From: Eledone cirrhosa
Taxonomy: Eukaryota
Direction: 5' to 3'
NCBI GenBank assembly: GCA_964016885.1
Contig: CAXHJY010000694.1
Span: 1-64,000, forward strand
Length of the DNA: 64,000 bases
The position numbers were made by a program, and so were the translations under genes. The notes under the pieces are model-generated. The model saw only the letters and a list, made by a program, of their open reading frames with translations. It ran no database searches and was not told the DNA's origin. Below, in pieces: positions 12,225 through 26,366 of the stretch. Each line of letters opens with the position of its first letter. The first letter of the stretch is position 1.

Positions 12225-12352
12225 ATTATCAATAAAGGACTTTAACATCTGAAACTACTTCAAATTTTCTCATTCTAAATATACTTCGTTTTTCCTATGT
12301 GGAAAAAATGCGTCGAGTGCTTGATTTGAATTGCATCAATATTTACCGTAAG

Positions 12353-12387
<35 letters not shown>

Positions 12388-12587
12388 GTGTGTGTGAGAG
12401 ATCCGGGTTCAATGGGGGGAACCACAGTAAGTGAATTACTCAATACATTAGTAGAGTATATACAAAATTGAATATAGAAATGGCTTCTATAGGACTAGAA
12501 CTGTTTCATTTGAAAGAAATCATCTTTCCTTTGATTTCTTTCGAAAGAAAGAGTTCTAGAACTGTAGAAGTCATCTCTCTCTATCTC

Positions 12588-12631
<44 letters not shown>

Positions 12632-12636
12632 TCTCT

Positions 12637-12678
<42 letters not shown>

Positions 12679-12902
12679 CCACCAACAAGATTCAACATCG
12701 AAGATGGATGAGTTACATAACGTTGAGTGCTTTTCATAATATTACATCATGATTGACTATACGGAATGACCAGTTCTATCCAATGGTGAACCACCAAACT
12801 TAATTGAATATATATTATTGAATCTAGTTTATGTGATCGTCAAAGGTTTTGAGCCGACATGTAATGAAAATTAACGTATATTAAATTGATATCGCGCTCT
12901 CT

Positions 12903-12945
<43 letters not shown>

Positions 12946-13240
12946 TATGTACATACACACACAATTTGTATGTGTTAAAGCACATGCTGTGATTAACTCG
13001 CAACACATGCATACACACATACATGCTTACATTCGTTACATATATATACACACAAGGAACCAAATTACCGTTTAAATTTCGTGACAAATAATAAACATTT
13101 TTCACCTTGGTTTATTTAACCATTTCTCTTTCCTGTTTTCTTATCTTTTGTTCTATCTTTCTTTCTTCTCTCTGTCCAGAGAGATGGAGAGAACGAGAAA
13201 AGATTGTAAGAGAGATTGACAGAGAAAGAAAGAGACGGAC

Positions 13241-13286
<46 letters not shown>

Positions 13287-14671
13287 GTGAGACACAGAAG
13301 AGAGTGACAAAGAGACACAGACGAAGAAAGAGAGACGGGGAGGGGAGATATTTTAAAATTATTTTGTAAGAGTTTCATATCACATTTTAACGGCACTAAT
13401 TATATTTCTTAATCTACGGGGACCAAGAAATGGACGAAGAAAATGAAGATACATACATACTGAGAGAGAGACAGACAGAATGACAAGACAGGCAGGCAAG
13501 CCGACAGATGAGAGAGCAAAAAATAAATAAAAAAGAATAATTTAAAAAAAAGAAAATCATATTAAAAAAAAAATATTATTTAATTTTTTTTAATGCTTTC
13601 AAGCTATGGGCTTGCCACTTAATTCAAAACGGCTTCCACCATTAAAATTTAAAAATAAAAAAAATATGAAAATGGTGTGGTCTGTGTATGTGTGTGTTTT
13701 CGGTTTTTATCCTGATTATCACACTATATTCAGCCGGTGAAAGTCTTTTGTCCGTCCCTTTGTCATAACGTGCCCCTCCGCGGTCCCCAACATGCGATAT
13801 GGTAACAAAAAACAAACAAACAAACAAACAAACAAAAATTAAAATACTCTCCCCCTTTGTTTGTATTTTTTGTTTCTTTAGTCATATATGTGTATGTGTA
13901 TGCAAGTATGTGATTACAAGTACGCGTGTGTATGCATACGTGTATGAGTGTATGTATATGTGATGCAAGTCCGTCTCTATGCATGTACGCGTGTATATGC
14001 ATACGTGTATGTATGTGTGTGTGTGTTTTATTTAAATATGGCATTATTTTTGTTGTTGCTTATTTTCTCAGTTTTGGAGATTCTACTTTAAAGAGTTTTT
14101 TTTTTCTTTTATTAATTAAAAAAAAGCTCCACCACCGGACTATTTTTTGAAAAAAAAAATAATGATAATAATAAAATATTAAAAATAATATAACAAGAAA
14201 ACAGGTTTTATGGCTTAAAACCAATAGCCAATAACAAAAACCAATATATGATAATATAAAAATGAAAATATGGTGCTGGATGAAGAATTTAATTTAGACT
14301 TGGGGATTTTTGAACTAACAAAAACAAAAATATAACCAATAATAATAATAGTAATAATAACAATAATAACAATGATAATAATAACAATAATAATAATCGA
14401 ATTAATATCATAAATGATCTGAAAAAATATTTAGAAATTTGAATAATGTAAAATCACATAAAACGAAAACTAAAACGCACACACAAAAATAAAACAAACA
14501 AAATAAAACAAGTGAAAACAAGATAAAAAAAAAATGCGTATGAAGATGTTGATAACGACGATGGTGATGATCATGATGGTGACGGTAAGAATGATCTTGA
14601 TGATGATGATGATAATAATTATTATATTCATATAAATATATAACGTAAATGTATAATATATATGTATAATA

Positions 14672-14728
<57 letters not shown>

Positions 14729-14813
14729 TAATATTTTATTAATTATCATCATCAACAAGATATTCTCACGCTCGCTTTCTTGATCATCATTGGCGTTATC
14801 AACATCAACTTAC

Positions 14814-14864
<51 letters not shown>

Positions 14865-16372
14865 CACACACACACATACATACATACATACATACATACA
14901 AGTACATACATACAAGTACATACATACAAGTACATACATACATACATACAAGTACATACATACAAGTACATACATACAAGTACATACAAGTACATACATA
15001 CATACATACATACAAGTACATATATACATACATACATACAAATATATACATACAAGTACACACTCGCACATATGTATATATAATATATATGATGAAAAAT
15101 ACATAGCAGAAAAAAAATTTAATAGTCATAATTGAAAAATAGAAATAAGGTTTTGTCTTGTTTTTATATACAGAAATATATATTACTTTTTTTTTATAAT
15201 CTTTCTATATTCTTTCTATATTCTTTCTATATATTTTATATTTTTATCTTTATTTATTTTTGTCCACTAATAATTACTGAAATGAGTGCAAAGTTTCAAT
15301 TGGTAATGCCAACATCTGGCTATTCCAATTATCGTTTCTAGGTTCGATCTACCGACGTCGCTGATAGCTTTGTCTAGTTCAGACCTTTTCACCTTTACAT
15401 TGATTAAGAACCCTCTACCCGAAATATTTGCCTTAGTTAACAATTAAACCGTACTATATCGACAACTGGTATGTGTGTATGTATGTGTGTATGTGTGTGT
15501 GTATTTGTGTTGGTGTGTGTTTCTGTATCTGTATATCTGTGTTTCTGATGCTGTGTGTGTCTGTTCAACTCTTTCTCTCTTTCTCTCTTTCTCTCTCTCT
15601 TTTCTCTCTTGTTCTCTCTCTCTCTCTCTCGTTCTCTGGTGTGTGTATGTTAGTACGTGTGTCGTGTGATAGTGTCGTTATGATAACGATTTCTATGGTG
15701 GTGGTGATGACGATCATGATGATGATGATGATGATGCGATGATTATGATAGCGAGGATATTGGTAGTGAAGATAAGGATGTTGTTATTGGTAATGTTGGT
15801 AGTGATGCTAGTAGTAGTAGTGGTGGTGGTGATGGTCCACTAACCATAATACAACAGACCATAGTGATATTTAGAATTCATCGAAGTGGAAAATTCGATT
15901 TTCGTCATGGACAATAATTTTTTATATTTAAGGAAAATTTACTATCTTTGAAGTGGTGGAGTGTAGTAGGTAGTAGTGCAGAGACAATTACAACAACAAC
16001 AAAACCAGCACCAATAACAGCAACAACAAAATACAATGACAACAACAACAGCTATAATAGCAACAGTTATAACAACTACAACACCAGCAACAACTACAAC
16101 ACCAGCAACAACTACAACATCAACAACAGCAAGAACTAAAACAACAGCAATAACTCAGCAGCAGCAACAACTGCAGTATCAACAACTATACAACAACAAT
16201 AACTACTACCACAACAAATACAATTATAGCATCAACAACAAATACAATTGTAGCATCAACAACAAATACAATTGTAGCATCAGCAACAACAAATACAATT
16301 GTAGCATCAGCAACAACAATATAGCAACTGTTTATTTCAATTCAATATCTTCCAAAATCTCTCCACCATTAA

Positions 16373-16776
16373 AGGGTGGTGGATTGGCAGTATCGGTAGA
16401 GGGTCAGACACCATGCTTTGCAGCATAGAGTTACGGCCGTTTATGATCCAAGTTCAAATCCCGCCGAGGTTGACTTTGCCTTTCATCCTTACGGGGTCGA
16501 TAAAATAAAGTACCAGTAATGCACTGGTTAATTGCTGGCCTTGTGCCTAAAGTAGAAACAATTATTATAAGGGCGGTGGATTGGCAGTATCGGTAGGTCA
16601 GACGCCATACTTTACAGCATAGTTACGCACCTTTACTGTCTGAGTTCATATCCCGCCGAGGTTAACTTTGCCTTTCATCCTTACGGGGTCGATAAAATAA
16701 AGTACCAGTCTCGCACTGGGGTCCATTTAATCGATTTTCCCCTTCCGCCCAAAATTGCTAGCCTTGAAACCATTAT
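16373..16776 (+). mobile_element. Head-to-tail dimer of SINE family A
   Basis: Two full heads (16373, 16570) with A/B boxes and central domain. Confidence 0.9.
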
Positions 16777-16839
16777 GTTTATTATCATCTTCATTATCAT
16801 CTTCATTATTACTTCCACTAATCTAATCTGACTTTCATT

Positions 16840-18050
16840 AACCACAAGCAATAACAACTAAACAACAGCCACCAACCACAAGCAATAACAACTAAACAAC
16901 AGCCACCAACCACAAGCAATAACAACTAAACAACAGCCACCAACCACAAGCAATAACAACTAAACAACAGCCACCAACCACAAGCAATAACAACTAAACA
17001 ACAGCCACCAACCACAAGCAATAACAACTAAACAACAGCCACCAACCACAAGCAATAACAACTAAACAACAGCCACCAACCACAAGCAATAACAACTAAA
17101 CAACAGCCACCAACCACAAGCAATAACAACAGTCACCAACCACAAGCAATAACAACTAAACAACAGCCACCAACCACAAGCAATAACAACTAAACAAGTC
17201 ACCAACCACAAGCAATAACAACTAAACAACAGCCACCAACCACAAGCAATAACAACTAAACAACAGTCACCAACCACAAGCAATAACAACTAAACAACAG
17301 CCACCAACCACAAGCAATAACAACAACTAAACAACAGCCACCAACCACAAGCAATAACAACTAAACAACTGCCACCAACCACAAGCAATAACAACTAAAC
17401 AACAGCCACCAACCACAAGCAATAACAACTAAACAACAGCCACCAACCACAAGCAATAACAACTAAACAACAGTCACCAACCACAAGCAATAACAACTAA
17501 ACAACAGCCACCAACCACAAGCAATAACAACAACTAAACAACAGCCACCAACCACAAGCAATAACAACTAAACAACAGCCACCAACCACAAGCAATAACA
17601 ACAACTAAACAACAGCCACCAACCACAAGCAATAACAACAACTAAACAACAGCCACCAACCACAAGCAATAACAACAACTAAACAACAGCCACCAACCAC
17701 AAGCAATAACAACAACTAAACAACAGCCACCAACCACAAGCAATAACAACTAAACAACAGCCACCAACCACAAGCAATAACAACAACTAAACAACAGCCA
17801 CCAACCACAAGCAATAACAACAACTAAACAACAGCCACCAACCACAAGCAATAACAACTAAACAGCCACCAACCACAAGCAATAACAACTAAACAGCCAC
17901 CAACCACAAGCAATAACAACTAAACAACAGCCACCAACCACAAGCAATAACAACTAAACAACAGCCACCAACCACAAGCAATAACAACTAAACAACAGCC
18001 ACCAACCACAAGCAATAACAACAACTAAACAACAGCCACCAACCACAACA
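16840..18050. repeat. 34-bp minisatellite AACCACAAGCAATAACAACTAAACAACAGCCACC (~35 copies)
   Basis: Direct inspection; variants differ by +/- one AAC. Confidence 0.95.
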
Positions 18051-18252
18051 ACGTCAACATCAAAAACAACTACGACATTGACAAATTAAATAATTTTGTT
18101 TTTAGGGGGACAAAAAAAAACCGCCCAAAATTGGTTTTGAATACTGAAATATTAGATTCTATGTGGTATCATATTTGGTACTTTTTAGTGTCAAGTCTTC
18201 ATCAATTGATCTAGTAACTATGGAAATAATGTACTGTGTGTATGTATGTGTG

Positions 18253-18311
<59 letters not shown>

Positions 18312-18513
18312 GTTTGGGTTTTACTGAAGGGGTGTAAAGAAAACTCAATATGTTGTATAAAGAATAGTTTGTGTACATTTGTAGTCAGGCATAAAGTTCG
18401 AGGCACAATACTAAAACCCAAACACACACACTCTCTTTCTTTCTCTCTCTTTCTTTCTCTATTTCTCTCTCTTTCTCTCTCTCTCTCTATTTCTCTCTCT
18501 CTCTCTCTCTCTC

Positions 18514-18609
18514 TGTCCCAAAACATGTATACACACTTCAACAGCATTCTAATAAATATTGCCTGTGCAGCTAATTAAAGTATGTATACATTTTGGGGGA
18601 CACCCTGTA
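18514..18609. mobile_element. Tc1/mariner-type MITE copy
   Basis: TGTCCC ... GGGACACCCTG-TA; interior matches the 6963 copy. Confidence 0.75.
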
Positions 18610-18791
18610 TGTATGTGTATATATATGTATGTGTATATATATGTATGTGTATATATATGTATGCGCGTGTGAAGTGGTTAGGTCTTGGTAGTCACTAGAA
18701 TGCATATAGGGTTATGAATATTAAAGTAACAAATACAAGTGAGGAATGAGTGTGGTAAGGCTTGAGTGAAGAGGAGGGTGAAAAACAAGAA

Positions 18792-19045
18792 TTAGAGGCC
18801 AAACTTTCCAAATACCGGTTGCCTCTCCGACGGGTTTGCGGTCGTACCTTTGGCAGTGGAGACTTCTGGTGTCCTCGGCACTAGGGCTATCTCCCTACTC
18901 ACCACCATAGGCGCTGAGCTGGCCAGCCGCAGGTGTGAGCTTCGCGAGTTGGAATGGCTCTTCCAGCGCATTTCCCTTGCCATCCTCCGGAGAAACGCTT
19001 TCCCCATTCTGTCCGCCGGAGCTGTGGGGGAGGCCAGCACGTGGG
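18792..19045 (+). mobile_element. CRE-like non-LTR retrotransposon 3' fragment (restriction-like endonuclease C-terminus)
   Basis: KLSKY..(frameshift)..FAVVPLAVETSGVLG..AISLL..IG...RELEWLFQRISLAILRRNA..IL matches my recollection of the CRE-clade pattern P.AVET.G..G / QRIS.AI.RGNA. Confidence 0.8.
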
Positions 19046-19373
19046 ACCCCAGCACGTGGGACCCCATTTGCTCACCATACGGATTAAGACATATAACCTC
19101 TCTTTTTTCTTTTATTTACATTTTTACGATCTCATTTTACGACCTCATCCGCCGGGGCTGTGGTGAGGCCCTCAATATGATTACTTAACCCTTTCTGTAC
19201 CATAGTGTCTAGCTTATAACATTCTTTAGTAATTATTAAAACAACAATTGATGTCGGCAAGTGGCTTGTACAATCTATTATCAAGGGATCTGATTGAGAA
19301 CATTCACGAATATCGGAGAAACCCTTTCAATGTCTCACAGGTTCCCAACGGATCCTTTCATGATGGACGTTTC

Positions 19374-19556
19374 CAGGACCGGATTTAATGGGGGGAATGG
19401 GGAAATTGCCCCGGGTTCCCTGTCTGCTGCGAGGGGCCCCTCCATCGACGGCTGTTTCAATCTATTTGTGTCCTCAGCTGGGCTTTTTAGTTTTAGGTTT
19501 GTTAGAATTTTTCGCTAAGCTAACTTTCATATGTAAAATTAAGGGGTTTGCTGGGT
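19374..19556 (+). mobile_element. hAT-type MITE, truncated copy
   Basis: CAGGACCGGATTTAATGGGGG terminus and interior match 45315-45608. Confidence 0.7.
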
Positions 19557-19557
19557 A

Positions 19558-20660
19558 TTCTCTCTCTTTCTCTATTTTTCTCTCTCGCTCTCTCTTTCTC
19601 TGTATATTTCTCTCTTTCTCTGTATATTTCTCTCCCTCTCTCCTTCTCTCCTTCTCTCCCTCTCTTTCTCTCTTTCTCTCTCTTTCCTTCTCTGTCTCTC
19701 TTTCCTTCTGTCTCTTTCCCTCTTTTTTTTCTCCCCCCCCCTCTCTCCCCCTTCTCTCTCTCTCTTTCCCCCTCTCTCTCTCTTTCCCCCTCTCTTTCCC
19801 CTCTCTTCCTCTCTCTCCCTCTTTTCCCCTCCCTCTTTCTTTCCCCTCTCTCCCTCTTTTCCCTCTCTCCCTCTTTTCCCCTCTCCCTCTTTTCTCCCCC
19901 TTCCCTCTCTCATTTCAGTCTCTCTTTCCCTTTCTCTCTTTCCCTTTCTCTCTCTCCCTTTCTCTCTCTCCCTTTCTCTCTCTCCCTTTCTCTCTCTCAC
20001 ACACCTGATCCTAGGCCATCCTTCAGTGTCTACGTGGTAGGTCAACTGACGTGTGTGGATCTGACACCATCCACCTCTCTCTCTCTCTTGCCCTCTCTCT
20101 CAACAACCAATCCCTCTTTTCTCACTGTATCTCTCTCTAACTCTTCAACATACTTCTCTTTCCATCCCTCCCTCACTAATTCCTAATCTCTTCCTCTATC
20201 CCCCTCCCTCTATCCTCTCCTCCCTCCATCCTCCCCTCCCTCCCTATATCCTTCTCTCCCTACCCCTCTCTCTCCCTACCCCTCTCTCTCTCCCTCCACC
20301 CCTCTCTCTCTCCCTCCACCCCTCTCTCTCTTTCTCTCTCACTCCCTCTCTCAATACTTCTACTTCTCCCTCCCTCTCTCTCCCCCACCCCTCTCTCTCC
20401 TTCTCTCTCACTCCCTCTCCTTCTCTCTCACTCCCTCTCTCAATACTTCTACTTCTCCCTCCCTCTCTCTCCCCCACCCCTCTCTCTTCTTCTCTCTCAC
20501 TCCCTCTCTCAATACTTCTACTTCTCCCTCCCTCTCTCTCCCCCACCCCTCTCTCTCCCCCACCCCTCTCTCTCCTTCTCTCTCACTCCCTCTCTCTCCT
20601 TCTCTCTCACTCCCTCTCTCACTCCCTCTCTCAATACTTCTCCTTCTCCCTCCCTCTGTC
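19558..20660. repeat. Polypyrimidine tracts with an embedded ~60-70-bp CT-rich repeat
   Basis: Direct inspection (TCAATACTTCTACTTCTCCCTCCC recurs). Confidence 0.9.
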
Positions 20661-20919
20661 TCACCACACCACATCTCTGTGTCTCAGCAGCAATTAATTC
20701 ATATTTATTACTCTTAATACTGATGTTATTTGTGCCAAAGTGTCGGCACTTTGAAGTTTTATCCTTGCAGAACCGCTGCCGCCATGCCCACCCCCAGTCA
20801 CATTGCTAGTGGAGGGTCTCGAGAATGTGATAAGTAAAACCTCTTCAAACTACAAAGACATCACATCTAGATTTCTCACCAGATAGCTAGTACTTACTTC
20901 GTAGTCGTATACGTGGAGC

Positions 20920-22620
<1,701 letters not shown>

Positions 22621-23307
22621 GTATACATGGCCCATGTAGAAACGTCGTTGGTGGTAACTCGTCGTAATTAGAAACTTAAATGCAATCATTAATGTATTAA
22701 AACAAACATCAGCAACACTAGCAACAACAACAACAGTTATGGCAGCAACAACAGCAAGAATATCAGCAACCACTTTAACAGCATATACACACGTCTAATA
22801 TATCCTAGAGGCCAAATGTTTACCTCTGTGTATATATACATTTAGTGTTAGTGTGGCTAAATTCTATAGTTATACACTGTAGTAAAGCACCTCGCACACA
22901 TACTCACACACACGCACATACTCACACACACGCACATACTCACACGCACACACATACACACATACTCACACACACACATTCTCACACACACACATACTCA
23001 CACACACACATACTCATACTCACACATATTCACACACACACTCACATGCACACACGCACATCCAGTATATATATATTCATTAGTTAAGCAAAACAAGACC
23101 ACAAATTTCACAAAGAAGACATTATTAAAAGATAGTCAACATAGTTTTAGTTTAATGTAAGGAATGTAAAGAATAATAATTATTATTTAATACTAATAAT
23201 GTCCGTTTACAATTGTTTCGCTACTCTATATAATGTTTCTGGATCAAATGATTATAGATCATTATTGATCTGGTTCAGTTGAAGATAATTAACTTGGGTA
23301 AAATTGG

Positions 23308-24226
23308 AGCAGTATCGGTAGAGGGTCGGACGCCATGCTTTGTAGCACAGTTACGTCCCTTTACGGACTGAGTTCAAATCCCGCCGAGGTTAACTTTGCC
23401 TTTCATCCCTACGGGGTCGATAAAATAAAGTGCTAATAACGTACTGGGTCGATTTAATCGACTTTCCCCTCCTCCAAATATGCTGGCCTTATGCCTAAAT
23501 CAGAAACCATTATTATTATCACGTCCGACGCCATGCTTTGGCGCATAGGGTTACAGCCCTTTGCCATTCTGAGCTCAAATCCCGCCGAGATTAAATTTGC
23601 CTTTCATCCTGACGGGGTCGATAAAAATAAAGTACCAGTAATGTACTAGGTAATTTGCTGGCCTTGTGCCAAAAGTAGAAATAATTATTATCACCATCAT
23701 CGTCATTAACACCCTAGCCGTAACCCTCGTTTTATGTAACTTTCTTTGTCCAGTCCCCACCCTCATATGCCACGTTCCCCACCCTCGTATGCGACGTAAA
23801 CCCCTATTTTTATAATGTTTATTCTCTTACATGTGCTCGCCCTTGCGGCTAATACAGAAACCGCTATTATCATTATAATATTATAATCTGAGTTCAAATC
23901 CCGCCGAGGTTAGCTTTGCCTTTCATCCTAACGGGGTCAATGAAATAAAGTACCAGTAACGCACTGGGGTCGATTTGATCGAATTTCCCCTCCTCCAAAA
24001 TGTGTTGGCTTTGTACTTAAATCAGAAATCATTATTAAAACTCGCCATGCTTTGACGCATAGGGTTACAGCCCTTTCCATTCTGAGTTCAAATCCCTTCG
24101 AGGTTAACTTTGCCTTTCATCCTTACGGGGTCGATAAAATAAAGTACCAGTAATGCACTGGGGTCGATTTAATCGACTTTACCTTCCAAAATGTGTTGGC
24201 TTTGTACTTAAATCATAAATCATTAT
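23308..24226 (+). mobile_element. Cluster of four co-oriented SINE family A copies (5'-truncated)
   Basis: B box and central domain four times (B boxes at ~23370, 23571, 23890, 24083), each ending in ATTATT. Confidence 0.9.
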
Positions 24227-24274
24227 TAAAACTGGCAGAACTTCAATGACATCAGATATTTATCAACTATAAGA

Positions 24275-24590
24275 TGGAGGCACTCCGTCAGTTACGACGA
24301 CGAGTGTTCCAGTCAACGGAACAGCCTTCTCATGAAATTAACGTGCAAGTGGCTGAGCATTCCACAGCCCCGCTTACCCTTTACGTAGTTCTCAGGGAGA
24401 TTCAGTGTGACACAATGTGTGATAAGGCTGGTCCTTCGAACTACAGGTACAACTCATTTTTGCCAACTGAGTGGACTGGACTAACAGGAAATAAAGTCTT
24501 GCTCAAGGACACAACGCGTCGTCGGAAATCGAACTCACGATCTTACGATTGTGAGCCGAATACCCTAACCAGAAAGTCTCGTATCTTCAC
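24275..24590 (-). mobile_element. SINE family B (tRNA head + CORE-like box), near full length
   Basis: Minus strand: GGTTAGGGTATTCGGCTCACAATCGTAAGATCGTGAGTTCGATT...GTGTCCTTGAGCAAGAC...3' end GACGGAG. Confidence 0.8.
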
Positions 24591-24796
24591 TATCAACTAT
24601 TAGCACTAGCACATTAACACTAATTAACATACCGACACTAACTAATTAACATACCAAAACACTAACACTACACAGCAACACTAACAAGCTTGCTGCTAAC
24701 TTGATAGCAAGTTACCCAGTGCATTAATTTAAATCCCTACACATTCATTAGCACACCAATTCATTAACACACTAAAATATTCCCAAATTTACACAC

Positions 24797-26180
24797 TAAC
24801 ACACTATCTAACACACTATCTAACACACTATCTAACACACTATCTAACACACTATCTAACACACTATCTAACACACTATCTAACACACTATCTAACACAC
24901 TATCTAACACACTATCTAACACACTATCTAACACACTATCTAACACACTATCTAACACACTATCTAACACACTATCTAACACACTATCTAACACACTACC
25001 TAACACACTACCTAACACACTACCTAACACACTACCTAACACACTACCTAACACACTATTTAACACACTATTTAACACACTATTTAACACACTATTTAAC
25101 ACACTATCTAACACACTATCTAACACACTACCTAACACACTACCTAACACACTACCTAACACACTACCTAACACACTACCTAACACACTACCTAACACAC
25201 TACCTAACACACTACCTAACACACTACCTAACACACTACCTAACACACTAGCTAACACACTACCTAACACACTACCTAACACACTACCTAACACACTACC
25301 TAACACACTAGCTAACACACTACCTAACACACTAACACACTACCTAACACACTACTAACACACTATCTAACACACTATCTAACACACTATCTAACACACT
25401 ATCTAACACACTATCTAACACACTATCTAACACACTATCTAACACACTATCTAACACACTATCTAACACACTATCTAACACACTATCTAACACACTATCT
25501 AACACACTATCTAACACACTATCTAACACACTATCTAACACACTATCTAACACACTATCTAACACACTATCTAACACACTATCTAACACACTACCTAACA
25601 CACTACCTAACACACTACCTAACACACTATCTAACACACTATCTAACACACTATCTAACACACTATCTAACACACTACCTAACACACTACCTAACACACT
25701 ATCTAACACACTATCTAACACACTACCTAACACACTATCTAACACACTATCTAACACACTATCTAACACACTATCTAACACACTACCTAACACACTATCT
25801 AGCACACTATCTAACACACTATCTAGCACACTATCTAACACACTACCTAACACACTACCTAACACACTACCTAACACACTATCTAACACACTACCTAACA
25901 CACTATCTAGCACACTATCTAACACACTATCTAACACACTATCTAACACACTATCTAACACACTACCTAACACACTATCTAACACACTATCTAACACACT
26001 ATCTAACACACTATCTAACACACTACCTAACACACTACCTAACACATTATCTAACACACTACCTAACACACTACCTAACACACTACCTAACACACTATCT
26101 AACACACTACCTAACACACTACCTAACACACTACCTAACACACTATCTAACACACTACCTAACACACTACCTAACACACT
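24797..26180. repeat. 12-bp minisatellite ACACTA(T/C)CTAAC (~115 copies)
   Basis: Direct inspection. Confidence 0.97.
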
Positions 26181-26366
26181 AACTAATCATTAACACAGTG
26201 ACTAACACACTAACTAATCATTAACACAGTGACTAACACACTAACTAATCATTAACACAGTGACTAACACACTAACTAATCATTAACACAGTGACTAACA
26301 CACTAACTAATCATTAACACAGTGACTAACACACTAACTAATCATTAACACAGTGACTAACACACT
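26178..26366. repeat. 31-bp tandem repeat ACTAACTAATCATTAACACAGTGACTAACAC x6
   Basis: Direct inspection. Confidence 0.95.

Larger units (their letters stand above)
11903..12276. mobile_element. Fold-back element with ~155-bp inverted arms (Penelope pLTR-like)
   Basis: Arms 11903-12059 and 12123-12276 are >90% complementary; the spacer holds its own hairpin (12058-12100); close to (TA)n on both sides. Confidence 0.85.

Noticed and set aside
19445-19482. CTGAGGA...GAAAC..GTC on the minus strand as a hammerhead
   Set aside because: Stems I and II do not pair, and the sibling hAT MITE copy at 45.4 kb lacks the motif.
24764-26177. (VLDS/VLGS)n ORFs
   Set aside because: Translation of a 12-bp minisatellite with no real start context.
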